Counted from the first letter of the whole stretch, positions 12,598-25,612 are shown. The stretch is 63,942 nt of DNA, filler included, from Octopus bimaculoides (GCF_001194135.2; 11 parts of 8 records of this genome joined end to end with filler, not necessarily neighbours in it), one strand, 5' to 3'. Notes: generated from the letters alone by a model not told the origin. Numbers and translations are program-made.

Positions 12598-13638
12598 ATA
12601 TACTACAATAGATTTAGCTGACTGTTTGCTGCACTAAAATGTTGAGGTTAGAAATATGTGTTAAGACGAGGATTAGTTAATAAAAATATTACTGAATACA
12701 ATTGTGATCTAATTATATTCCTCCATTCCGGTTTTGAAAACACTGTTGAATAAACCGCGCAGAGTATTTTCCAACCACTTTGACATCATCGTAGCTGGTT
12801 TCCCATTGTCGAACAAATAAAGAAACACAATCCCCACCAAACAGATCCGCAGTGATTGCTTGACCTACTAAAAAGGCCCATTATCGTTGTTGGATAACGA
12901 AACCCTGGAAAGACTATACCCTTCAAAAAGAAAAAAGGAAAAGAAAGGAAGAAAAAGACGCAGGATGATCATGGCTAGAATAACTTGTTCATAGTTCTGT
13001 TGACCTGGATCTAAGCAACAATAATCCGGCTATGTCTATTCTGTACGAACGATCTATGTTCTACTGAAGGCGCTAACTGCTTACCGCCGAACCCTCTCCC
13101 CTAACCCACTCGTTACATTAATCTTTTCCGAACCGTTACTTCTACTGTGTATACATCTCAGCATTTGCACAATTCCTCTCAGCCGTGATTTCATCTTTAG
13201 GGACACCCTCATACAATCAGGTTTTCTTTTCAAAGGCGTTTTGGATGCTTTAAACGTACGTAATTATATCCTTCTATTTAGGAAAGACTGAAACGGCTAT
13301 AGACTTTCCCACTCCACATACACCAAAAACGTTGTACATACGTTGTTGTGCATGACACACCTTTCGCGTCTTTGCTAAACGTCTAATCAGTCCTTTATTC
13401 CAGCTCTTATAAATTAAGAAACATAACGCCATAAAAAGTGTAAAGTCACATAAAGAAATATAACGCCATTTAAAAATAATTCGGATGACATCTTCCACAA
13501 TGATGACTTTCCTACAAAATACCCGCACCTAAAATACATATCAATGAAACCTTTATATAACTATAATGACAGGAAAACTGAAAGTCGTGCTTCAGCAGAC
13601 TTGTAGTTGAATCACTCGAATCAGTAGCACGCACGCGG

Positions 13639-13695
<57 letters not shown>

Positions 13696-14307
13696 ATAGT
13701 TAATAAAAACACTATGGACCCTTCAAATGGAATTTTCCCAGTTGAATTTCTATAATGATATTGAATTCCTATACGATGCTTCAATCCAGAAAGAAATGTC
13801 TGAACCCTGTGTCAGTTCTTGTCAGAATTTCAGAATCTAACTTAAAATGTTTTGCAAAGTGTATAATTCCAGGCTGGTTGGTTGGAAACATTCTGTTACA
13901 CTAAAATAATTCATTGATTGTGAAAGACAAAATTATGAGGAAGACACTGTTTAATTTGGCCAAAACATCCACAACAATTTTTTTTGCATCAGACGCTTAT
14001 TTCAATTTTCTTCAAACTCAGTAAATTAAGACTGAGATTTCCTTCCCAAATTGATAACCAATACAGCTCCAGATCTAAATAAACTTCCACTGAATCATTA
14101 TTAATTGGCTTCTTTCATGGCAACGAGATGCTGAAGATCGTGCAATAATTCAATGGTGGCTCGATTTTCTACTTCAAATTTTTTGTTAATTCTTTGAACT
14201 TCAAGAAAAAATTTTGTGGTCGCTCATCATAGCGGTACACTGCGCTAAATCGGTGGTTGAGAGGTACGGGTTTTGGTTATCTATAGCGCCTGATTAGCCA
14301 CTTATTT

Positions 14308-14640
14308 GTGAAGGTGTGTGGCTTAGTGGTTAGAGTATTCGGCTCACAGTTGTAAGGTCGTGAGTTTGGTTCCTGGCGGCGCGTTATATCCTTGAGCAAG
14401 ACACTTTATTTCAATTTGTGTCAGTCCACTCAGCTGGCAAAACTGAGAAATACCTGTATTTCAAAGGTCCAACTCTGTCACTGTTTGTATTAAGCTGAAT
14501 CTTCCTGAGAACAACAACTATGTTAAGGGTATGTGTGTTTGTGGAGTGCTTAACCACTTGCACGTTAATTTCACGACCAGGCTGTTTTGTTGATCAGATT
14601 AACTGGAACGCTTGTCGTCGTAAATGACGGAATGCCAGTT
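14308..14640 (+). mobile_element. tRNA-derived SINE with family C head/central domain and family B tail
   Basis: gtgaagg...tggcttagtggttagag and ccttgagcaagacactttatttca resemble 36011/45941. ctatgttaaggg...ccacttgcacgttaatttcacg...gacggaatgcca resembles the 3' half of family B. Confidence 0.78.
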
Positions 14641-14648
14641 ACACATCT

Positions 14649-14707
<59 letters not shown>

Positions 14708-14807
14708 NNNNNNNNNNNNNNNNNNNNNNNNNNNNNNNNNNNNNNNNNNNNTTAATTAATTAANNNNNNNNNNNNNNNNNNNNNNNNNNNNNNNNNNNNN
14801 NNNNNNN

Positions 14808-14875
<68 letters not shown>

Positions 14876-16878
14876 ATCTATGTATGTACATGAAACAGTT
14901 TACAAGACATCATTGAATGCGTGATTCTTTTTCTTTTACTTCACAGATACTTAATAGTTCATCAACTGAGAGAGAAAGGAGAAAAAGTTCTTACATAGAA
15001 AATAAGCGTCTCCATGAATCAAAATGTACTTTTGTAGCATAACTTTAATCTGGTCCGAAATGTTGATGCTAACCTCATTCGTTATTGGTTATTTTATGGA
15101 ATTTCATAATTTAATATCAATAAACCAGCGTATAAGATAAGGAAAGGCTTCCATTAGGATCTTGGACAACTGTAACCATTTAATAACCATTGTTTTACCA
15201 TCAACTTCATTCCTTCGTTTGTTTACCATCATAACTTGAATTGGATCAATCAGCCACAATATTAGTTCATTTCCTCGATTTTGTAGTTTGTAAATACTGA
15301 TTATCATTTTTTATGGTTTCCCTTATCCTGGATTTGCATGGAGTGCTCATTGACGTATCCGCCCGGATTTTTCAAATCCCTATATTTTTTGTCATGCATT
15401 CATTCATTACACTCGAATAACCGTTGGCCACTCGAAAGATTTGCTGCTCGCCCACTCCTTTCTTCTCTCGTAAGTGCGACCTATTTCCATAGTGAGAAAA
15501 TCAACCCGAGTTACACCAACACCGGCTCAACTTTGTGGTTGTGGGGTTATAATCCTAACTCTCCTCTTTTCGCTCCTCTCCTTCACCAGACCTGTACATT
15601 GCGAGTATTTAAATTTGGTTATTTAACTTTGGTATTTAACTTTTACCTGTTCCAATCATTAGACTGCTGCCATACTGGGGCACCACCTTGGGTTACACAA
15701 ACACATACACACACCTATCAAATTCGAGTGTCACCCAGACAAACACCAAAATATTTTTGTGCATGTTTGTGTCTGCGTGTGAACACATATGTATACCTGT
15801 AAATATTGTCTCCCTTTCGTTTCCAGTCACACATAAACACGCGCACAGTCTCTCACCAACCCACTTGTATTTCTATCAGTATCGTAGATATTGTATTTGT
15901 TGCTTTTGATGAATCTCCGTGACAAACGAGATTGGTATGGATTTAATCTGTTATATTGAGTTATTTCACTGCTACAACATCAAAAGTTCCCTCATCTGAT
16001 GTAATTTAACAAGTAATGAAGTGATGTGGATTCAGTTCCTGAATTTTACATAATTTAATGTGCATGGAATAAGGAAAGGCAAAAGTAACCACATGGAGTG
16101 TGTGAACACTAGGCTTAAAATATCATAGCTTACTTTTCACGGTAATATTGCATTCAAAATCTTGTTAAACTTTTATAGTAATTACACATTTAGAATATAT
16201 GTTTGCCACTGATATACTCCATGTGTATCTTCTTTTCAGCCTTATAAATAAATATATATATATTTTTCTTTTTACAATAGATAAAAATTTATGCATGCAT
16301 TTATAGATGATTATATTTCGTGGATGTAACTCACTGATGTAAACGTTAGCGATAAAAGTGAAACATCAGTATTGATCCATGGAATTTCCGCAGAAACCTT
16401 TGTAGTACACAGAGTGAAAGATATACCACTATCACTCTTCCCATAGGAAATGCAATGAACTCGTATTGGGACATTGTAATCATGAACTTTACCACTTTAG
16501 AGTTCAGCAATTTGGATATATAAAAAAAATTACATAAACGAATATATAAAAAGATATATAATTTTGTGGTCCATTTCCGAAAAACATCATGTTGACGTTA
16601 ATATTGTGTAGCTCCAGAAGAGTAAAATAGAAATAAGTTTTGAATGCAAACCCAATCTATATAGTTACAATACTCACGAGAGCAATCAATAGTACAAGTA
16701 AAGTACCGCGAAGCTAACCACATGGTATTTGTGAGCTAGTCCATTGCTGCTGTAACCATGACAAGCGAACAGATGAGACAATGTTGTTTATGGCATGGTA
16801 AAGGGATCTGAGTGCTTCTTTTAAAATGTCAGACTTTATTGTTATTAATGGCATGTAAGTTATGTGCTCATGAATATT

Positions 16879-17445
16879 TTAAACATTACTTTGAAGAAAA
16901 ATTATTGCTGTATGTTGCAAATGATGATGAATGATCTTTCTAATTTTAAAGTTGGTAATTTCAGGTGGTTTGCCAAGTAGGGTTTTAGAGTGATATCGCC
17001 ATAGTTTGAGTCGTTCAACTTCACTTGCTACATTCAGTTTGGATTTTGAGAAGCTCCTTCTTCCCCTTACTTCGTTTTCCATGCCATAGATGATTATCCA
17101 TTGTCAGCAGAATCTGTGATGTTATCAATTTGTTTTATGTAAGGCTCTTTTTGATATTCTGAGGTTTGATATTCTGAGGTTTGATATTCTGAGGTTAATT
17201 CTTTCTGACCTTTAGTGAACAATTTTAGGCTTGATCTTATAAGGCTTATACTCTTTCGTTTAGAAATCTTCATAAGGGTTTCTTTATTTTCAGTAATAGC
17301 TGCAGTCTCCAAGGGAACTCTACGTGTAAATTTTGGTCTGAGTGAGATGCATTAACCTGCCACGTGTTTGTCTGTAGAGACCAAATTTCATACTCATCGT
17401 TGGGAGTGATGGATTCAGAAGCATTTTGCAGGGCTGATTTATATC
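16879..17445 (-). pseudogene. RTE-like LINE ORF2 linker fragment (inverted relative to adjacent RT fragment)
   Basis: VPLETAAITENKETLMKISK...MENEVRGRRSFSKSKL...ERLKLWRYHSKTLLGKPP resembles the APE-RT linker of RTE-type LINEs. Confidence 0.62.
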
Positions 17446-17449
17446 GTTG

Positions 17450-18095
17450 GCATAGTGGCTGATGTTGTCTAGGGTGACACCTTGTCACCCTACCTGTCTA
17501 GATTATGTTCTACTCACCTCTGTAAATGAGATAAAGGACAAAGGATTCACTGTTCAAACAGCGAAAAGCAAACATGTTCCAACTGTTAACACCAGAGATT
17601 CTGACTATGCTGATGACTTAGAGCTACTACCAGATGAAATTTGTGGTCAGAGTTACTCTTGCACAGCCTTAACAGTGCTACTAAATCTGTCGGTCTTTAC
17701 ATCAACTTGGACAAGGCAGAATATACGATGTTCAAACGGAGCGGCGATATTAACTCTACATCTGGGAAACTCTTCCAAAATGTTGATGAATTCAAAATCT
17801 CCGAAGTAAAATCGCAGAAGTATAACTGTCCACAAGTGATGCTCATATCGGAATCGTTAAAGCCTGAGCGGCTTTAAATAAATTATGAACGGCCTGGAAA
17901 CCTAAACTTGCATTAAATTTTAATCGTAATTCCTTTCAGGAATTTGTGCAGTCAGTTGTGTTTTATGGATGTACAGCACGGAGTGTAAAAAAGCGCCTTC
18001 AAAAAAATTTATAGAACTTTTGCAAGAATGCTTCGAGCTGCTCTGGATATATCCTGGAGAAAACACCCCGCGAAAGAACATTATAATATTTTCCA
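17450..18095 (+). pseudogene. RTE-like LINE reverse transcriptase fragment
   Basis: VV*GDTLSPY (cf. GVLQGDTLAP), DYADDLELL (YADD at 17606-17617), VGLYINLDKAEY, MLRAALDISWRKHP; several frameshifts. Confidence 0.88.
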
Positions 18096-18413
18096 TAAAT
18101 CAACTATCGTAAACATTTTATACGATGACAACAACGACGTCACATTTTCTATATGTGTATGTACCTTAAAAGACATCAATCATCATGACACACACCTTCT
18201 ATCACTCACTCATTCTATCTCTCTCTCTCTCACACACAAGCACACACACTTTCTCATCTCCGTCAATTACTTTCTGTCGTCCTTTTTGCTTTCTCTTCTT
18301 TCAATTCCTGCTCTATTCAAATAAATTTTTAAAGAATCAGCTGGAGAAACAGAGACAAGATGAAAAACAGAGATACCGAGTGACGGAGAAATGCTGAAGT
18401 TTCATACCTTATA

Positions 18414-18455
<42 letters not shown>

Positions 18456-18480
18456 CCTTTGTATGTGTGTGCCTTTGTGT

Positions 18481-18540
18481 GCGCGCGCGCGTGTGGGTGC
18501 GCGCGCGCGTGTGGGTGCGCGCGCGCGTGTGGGTGCGCGC
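18481..18540. repeat. 18-bp tandem repeat (GCGCGCGCGCGTGTGGGT) x3.3
   Basis: Seen directly, appended to a (GT)n tract. Confidence 0.95.
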
Positions 18541-18831
18541 GTATGTTCTTTATGTATTCCAAAGTTGGGTTGCCTGTTTTGACCTACGGCGTATCAAAAT
18601 ATTCAGTAATATTTTGACTACCAAATAAACTGCATTTTCATTTACATATATTCTACGTTATCTCAACAACCAGCTATAGTTATTTGATAGACACCACTCT
18701 ACAACGTCCAGGTCTCATTAGAAAGTGAAAATAGTTTTACACTTTCAATTTCAACCAAAATTACAAAGTGTTACATTACGTGAGTGACGATGTTTCAAAA
18801 ATGAAAGTAATGTTTCTCCGAATTTGTCACA

Positions 18832-20222
18832 TCTGTACTATATAATAAAGAAAGCTGCTTATCATCTATAATGTGATAAGGCTATAATATTGTTTCACAA
18901 TCATTCTTTCACTTCTAATTCTAATGTGATAAAATTGAGGTCATCTTATTTCGATTATATTTGAGAGAAATGAAGAACTTACATCCTAATGAGAACAACA
19001 TTACGCATCGTCAACTTTCCGTCTTTACGGTCACCACAGCAGTATGGTGTGTCATTGTATGTGTTGACTGACATAACGAACTGCTGCATGAGAAACTGTT
19101 GACAAAAACAATGAGGAGGAAGATCGAAGGTATATAAGAATACACATTTACCGTACAATTACCAGTTAATAATTATCGCAGTAGTTGCAAGATTGCAAGT
19201 TATTTACAGTTACATATTTACCCATAATCAATATTTAATACGTCTGNNNNNNNNNNNNNNNNNNNNNNNNNNNNNNNNNNNNNNNNNNNNNNNNNNNNNN
19301 NNNNNNNNNNNNNNNNNNNNNNNNNTATATATAAAGAAATTAATCTATAATAATTATTGTTGCATTTACCGTTAAATTAGAAGTTCATACGTGTGCTTCT
19401 ATTTGGTTAATTTATACTGTATACAAAAATAAAAATGTACTACATACATACAACTGCTTACAAAAATAGGGACTAATGTATAATATATTTCTATGTTCAT
19501 AATGTTTTCCTTACAATATTGAAAATAGTATGCCATCAAAGGAAAAAGACATAATCTCTCCAGAAACAAGTACAAAGCAAGGAGGATTGTAGAAAACCGA
19601 AGGCGAGAGTCTGAAGAAAGAAATCGAGACGAGATTTTTTCAACATCAGCAAAGGCTTGCTGCAGCAAGTCTGACGAAGTCTCAAGAGAGAAACAAGATG
19701 ATATTTTCTCAAGAGCAGCAAATGCATGCTGCAGCACTTAATGCTGGATAATTAAACCAATGTTTCAATGATTAGACAGAGGTATAACAGAATAGCTCTT
19801 AGAAACAGACTACGTACAAATTCGTTCTCCACAACTCCTGAAGCTGTTTTCAGATATGATCTATCCCATTCTTATAAAAATAATAACTCTATCCAGATTA
19901 GTGTGCTAAACACAAATTTTCATTTCTGTAGAGGCTTAAAATTTCCAAATGAAACAAATGGTATGTACTCATCAGGCAGCCAGTTGATATTGCCAGCACC
20001 ACCACCTCCTTCTCAACCTCTTACAGATCTTCTAGAAGGTACTTCTATCTAATGACATAGTTTACTACATCTAAGAATATAGTTAAACATGAATTTACGT
20101 CGACGTCAAAATTCAAAGCAAAGGCTGCCACCTCATTAGTTCCCTGTTGCCCACAAATGAACAACCACATTTCCTCCAAATTTACTTTATGAGCGATGAA
20201 GGACAACAAATCCAAGGGAGGT
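18832..20222 (+). mobile_element. Helitron 5' portion with decayed RepHel N-terminus
   Basis: Candidate terminus A|TCTGTACTATATAATAAAG at 18832. Peptides KRHNLSRNKYKARR..ENRRRESEE, AVFRYDLSHSY...FCRGLKFPNETNGM...LPAPPPPSQPLTDLLEG and FKIQSKGCHLISSLLPTNEQPHFLQIYFMSDE match Helitron helicase-like N-terminal motifs. Confidence 0.83.
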
Positions 20223-20242
20223 GTCAAAATTTCAGATGATGA

Positions 20243-20332
20243 GAGAGTATATGCAAAAGAGAGTATATGCAAAAGAGAGTATATGCAAAAGAGAGTATAT
20301 GCAAAAGAGAGTATATGCAAAAGAGAGTATAT
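20243..20332. repeat. Perfect 16-bp minisatellite (GAGAGTATATGCAAAA) x5.6
   Basis: Seen directly. Confidence 0.97.
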
Positions 20333-20606
20333 TCACTGACATCTTTTCTGGGCGTTTAACTATCACATAACCCCAACCCCAATTTCCTATGACAGGCTAG
20401 GAGCCTAAATACTCCAAACGGACGCATAGCATGTTGTTTAGTCGAATAAGCCTATCATTTATTCCACAAATGTTTTATTGTCAATGCTGCACTTTCCCAT
20501 ATTACCTGTTTCAACATAACTGTAATATATTAAAGTTCTATATTTAAGAAGTGAGGAATTATGTACATTATTTACATTACTTACATTCAACCACTACACC
20601 GTATGC

Positions 20607-20756
20607 CCATGGGCATATGGCGTAGTGGTTAAGAACGCGGGCTACCAGCCCCATGATTCCGAGTTCGATTCCAAGCAGTGGCCTGAACAACAACAAGAAC
20701 CACAACAACAACAATAATAATAAGATCGAAAATACATTAGGAATGAGAGCCCAGGT
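20607..20756 (+). mobile_element. tRNA-derived SINE head (family E), 3'-truncated
   Basis: TGGCGTAGTGGTTAAG (A box) and GAGTTCGATTCC (B box), then an (AAC/AAT)n stretch. There is no intact cloverleaf acceptor stem. Confidence 0.7.
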
Positions 20757-20767
20757 ATATATGAATA

Positions 20768-21121
20768 TACTCTTTTACTTGTTTCAGTCTTTTGACTGTG
20801 GCCATGCTGGAGCACCACCTTAGTCTAGCGAATCGACCCCGGGACTTATTTTTTGAAAGCCTAGTACTTATTCTATCGGTCTCTTTTGCCGAACCGCTAA
20901 GTTACGGGGACATAAACACACCAGCATCGGTTGTCAAGCGATGTTGTGGGGACAAACACAGACATACAAACACATGCACACATACACATATATATACATA
21001 TATACGACAGGCTTCTTTCAGTTTCCGTCTACCAAATCCACTCACAAGGCTTTGGTCAGCGCGAAGCTATAGTAGAAGACACTTGCCCAAGATGCCACGC
21101 AATGGGACTGAACCCGGGACC
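20768..21121 (-). mobile_element. SINE family D copy with internal (CA/TA)n tract
   Basis: tcttttacttgtttcagtc..tgactg.ggccatgctggagcacc...gccgaaccgctaagttacgggg...caaatccactcacaaggc recurs at 26179, 29180, 30885, 32901, 37005, 39695 and 57062. Confidence 0.9.
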
Positions 21122-21164
21122 NNNNNNNNNNNNNNNNNNNNNNNNNNNNNNNNNNNNNNNNNNN

Positions 21165-21363
21165 ATATATATATGGGAGAATGTACGAAAAAACAACAAC
21201 AGACGAGGACAGGTGGTGTAAATAACAAAAGGATGTATTAGTATGACGCTCAGGAATACGGAAAGTCTTTGACGTTTCGAGCTACGCTCTTCAACAGAAA
21301 GAATACGGAGACAAGGAGAAAAACACGGAGAAAAAGAATTGAATAGTGTTCAGTCAACGGTCA
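21165..21363 (-). mobile_element. Family H element with hammerhead-like motif
   Basis: Minus strand TCTTT-CTGTTGA-A-GAG CGTAG CTC-GAA-ACGT-C-AAAGA at 21302-21266; flanked by (TA)n on both sides. Confidence 0.78.
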
Positions 21364-22386
21364 TATATATATATATATTAAACATTTTTCTACTAATTAC
21401 TTTGAAACGGGTTCACTGTAAAAGACATTGACATTTCCCTACTTCTGTCATAAATGAATAAATAAATTATTGACAATGTTTCACATCACACAAAAATGTA
21501 AGAGTGGCGATTGATTGAATAAATATATTTTTCACCAAGTAATACAAAGACTTGTGATTCGCCCGTAGACAACGAGAGATTTAGCTTAGTTTCTAGATTG
21601 TACTTTGTATAGTGTCAATGTCAGGGTACTGACCTGTAACATATTGGATCAATATCGACTAGATTTACCGCAATTCGTAAGAACATTAGCTAATGAAATT
21701 ATGTGAGAATTTTTCAACTTCGAATGTGAACACTGCTAAGATCTCAATTCCTTTAAAAAAAAATGAATAAAAGAAACACTCAATGCAACTAGAGTTATAA
21801 GGCTTCCCACTTTTCTAATTAAAATTGCATCTCGAATAATTTGCTATAAAGGACAGTACTACCCAGAAGCCTTCCATCAAAAGCGATTCTGAATATGCCT
21901 CCATATTACAGTGAAGTCATTTATACGTAAACCATGCAATATGCGTATTTTCTACAACGCGTATGCCATACTAAAAGGATATTTTAAATTTTTCAAATAC
22001 GCGAAATATTTCCATACGTATTACTTTCAGTCTTAGCGTAATCTATTATGTCTCCCAGAACTAGGAAGTATACACCTTATGCTCATTAACTTTATAAATC
22101 TTCTTGCCATCATCTCTAGTGTTTCGCTTCATAAACCCATTCCATGCTAAACATCCTAATCTTTAATACGTTAATATATTAATAACTATCTTCATATTTC
22201 CGTCACACATCAACCTAAAAATGTTCAAGCTGAAAGGTAACAACGTCGATCTCATACATCTCAAAACTCACATAAAGGTAATTGATTTGTCGCTCTTTGT
22301 TGCTCCAAATAATACTGAAGAAATATAGAAAAATAATGTAATCATAATATACATAATATACACTCACGCTCCAATGCTAAATATCG

Positions 22387-22480
<94 letters not shown>

Positions 22481-25105
22481 TATATATACGTATGTAGATA
22501 TAGATCTATATACGCATGTGTGTGTGTGTATACACATGTATATTTATATACAACGACTTGAATATGAATACTACAATCTGTTTACAGCTACAGGCAGTTT
22601 TTAAACTGAATGACACACTCGTTCCCATTTCCTATATACACATATAATCTTTGAACAATCCTACCTCATTAAGAAATCAATATTTCTAAAGAACCTGATA
22701 GACACCTAACTGCAGGAGGGAAGATTCCGGCAAAGCGAAACCACAACGAGCTTTCATTTTCCAGCAGAAAGCCATTTAACTTCAATAACACACGCTAACT
22801 CGCAAATATCACAACTTCCTCTTTCCTTTACTCAAGACTAAAAGAGTTTGTAATGTTGTCAAAACGAAATGTTAGGTACTGTAGAGATAGAATCAGTACC
22901 TGGAAAACCGATTCTGCATTATGGTTTCCGTTCCAGGTTGAAACACTTTCTCTAGACTTCTCTTATACAGTTTAGAAAATTAATGGCTATCGTAAAATTA
23001 TGTGGCTCACCATGCAAACTATAACGCTTTTTCGGTAGTCCTATAAGAATCTAGGCATTATAATAAGGTCTTAAGTGTTGTACAGCACGATATGTTTTAT
23101 TTTTTCTATGTTTCTTTTCCCAAGGAAGTGGCGTCGATTACCATTGATTTATATGGCATTACCTATGACAGAAATGGATTTGCAAAATCATTGACATTAT
23201 ACAATCTCATGGTATTTTCTAAACTACAAAGTGTTCTGTCAATCAAAATAACACATTTCATAATACATCATTAAACACTACACATATGATATGTTTTCGA
23301 TATGACCGATATGATCCCAGACTACTCAATTTCATTTCAAGGTTCATCTATTTTTTAATAGTAGATTTTACTTCAGTTTCTTCAATTTCTTTTCTGCAAT
23401 ATGAGAATTAACAGGATTCAATCCAAATTCCTCTGTGCCCTCTAACATGTATAAAAACACATTTACCAGGAAGATTTGCCCAGATTTACATCAAATACTC
23501 AGTTCGTAATTTGACTGGAATTGTTAATTGCCATGCCATTTAGTAACATTGGAAAACGCAGATATGTTAAACAGTGTTCTGTCAATCAAAATAACACATT
23601 TGGTCATAAAAAAATGCGAGACCTTTGTCATAAGTAAATTCAGTGATCAATATAAGAATAAAAATAACGATTTCTAACGCAGGAACACGGTTGCAAATTC
23701 GAAGGAGAGATATTAAGTTAATCATGTTCCTCACTATACTATTTGAGTGGTACTAAAAGAATTATTTCTTCATTGATTATAACCGTGAAGTTGAGAAGTA
23801 GGAGCATTGAAGTAAAATTTTTGTTACAGGAGACATGAAATATAATGTCGATATCCGCAAATTTTGAACTGAAATAGGCGTAACTAAATGGTGCGAAGTA
23901 TATTACTAATCTTTCTTGTGAATCTACAATCCATGGAGCTCACTTATTTTAGTACAAAGGAAGAAGTTACTGTAGTGGTTGTTTAATCTTAGGTCAGTTC
24001 TCTGATCAAAGTTATTCCAGCAGAGAATGCCTTTCTTATTAGGTATATCTCGTTGACTCCAGTATACTTTAATTATTTAAAGAATAAAAAAAAGCATTTT
24101 AATTCTAAGTTCACGGATGGATGCCATATTGTCACGTGACACACTTCGTATGAATTCCATGCATTAAGGTTAATACTCCAGTTAACAAGAAATCTTCGAT
24201 AAGATAAGTGATGGCTTTTATTTTATTAATACTGTTGAACGTTCAAATTCATTTATTAGTTAATAACACTATCATTTTACATGTATTCATATTTTTAATC
24301 TAAAGATAGCATTTCTTTATTAGAATAATTAGGCCTTTAACTTGAATAATTATAATTATTAAACCTTGACATTTTAAGTATTGTGCTAATAACAGATTTC
24401 CCACTTGCACAGACATTTCTACTTTATTCCGATTTTATCTGATTTTATTTGTAATATTTAATTAGTCGGATACGTTATTTGAATTTATAAAGACCTGAAG
24501 GGTGATTTCATTCTGAGTAGAATTTATCTTGATCGATTTATTGTGAAATGTAGAGATTTTTCTGCTGTTATGTGACCACGAAACGGGCGTAGTCTACAAT
24601 TCACTTTCTTTTTTATCAACTTACTAAACTAAACTGAATTAATTTTTTAGTATTTGTATAGATTTCTATGGATTATAAACTTTCCTTTTACATTTTATAG
24701 ATTTTTAAATTAGTATTTTGTTGATACGTTTTCCCTGATGGTATCTGATCTCCTTCATTGTTTGAATTGCATCTTGGTGGTTGTTCTCAAAATTATTAAT
24801 ATATTTTTTATTATAAAATTCAATTCGATATTACTAAATTGAATATCCTTGTAAGATTGGATTTTGACATTCCCTAATGTTATAATATATATATATATAT
24901 ATATATATANNNNNNNNNNNNNNNNNNNNNNNNNNNNNNNNNNNNNNNNNNNNTTAATTAATTAANNNNNNNNNNNNNNNNNNNNNNNNNNNNNNNNNNN
25001 NNNNNNNNNTGTGTGTGTGTGTGTGTTTTGAATGGTACAACAATGCACTATAATACAAAAAAATGGACTGTATACTTGTTGTAATTTAGTTATCCATAGT
25101 CCGAT

Positions 25106-25138
25106 GATATTTCGGAATACATTTCCTTCTTCAGATAT
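25106..25138 (-). ncRNA. Minimal PLE-type hammerhead ribozyme motif
   Basis: CUGAAGA-A-GGAA AUGUA UUCC-GAA-AUAU-C: intact core, 4-bp stem II, palindromic stem III. Stem I is only 2 bp. Confidence 0.62.
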
Positions 25139-25149
25139 TCTTATACTAG

Positions 25150-25612
25150 ATACATTGTAAATCGGCTTAAGTGCCGAAGACAACCAACACGCCGAACGTA
25201 TACAAAACCCAGCAATACGTTCTTCCTTAAAATGCCCAATTTTAGCGAGAGGATAACTACAGCCATCTGAATCGCCATAAGAAGAGAAGAGTTAGATATA
25301 CAACTAGCCCACTCTGACTCTTCTCTGAGATGACACCTTGCAAAGAAACCAACAAAGGACAACGATCAATGCACACTAACAAATTATCCCATCCGTGACA
25401 CAGATTTATTCCAAAGGGTAAACGCTGTGTATAGAATAAAATGTAACAAATGCAACAAGTTCTATGTGGGTAGCACAAGACCGTTACACGTCCGCATGAA
25501 AGAACATCTAAACATGAGAGCCTCCTCCTTCATAAAACATCTAGACAGATGCCGGAACACTGACAAAAGCATAACAGTCACAATTCAGACCAACGTATCT
25601 CCTCTATCTATG
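25150..25612 (+). pseudogene. Penelope-like element linker plus GIY-YIG endonuclease fragment
   Basis: FFLKMPNFSER...LDIQLAHS...NAVYRIKCNKCNKFYVGSTRPLHVRMKEH has the VY.I.C..C...YVG.T...L..R.KEH signature; it contains in-frame stops. Confidence 0.9.
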
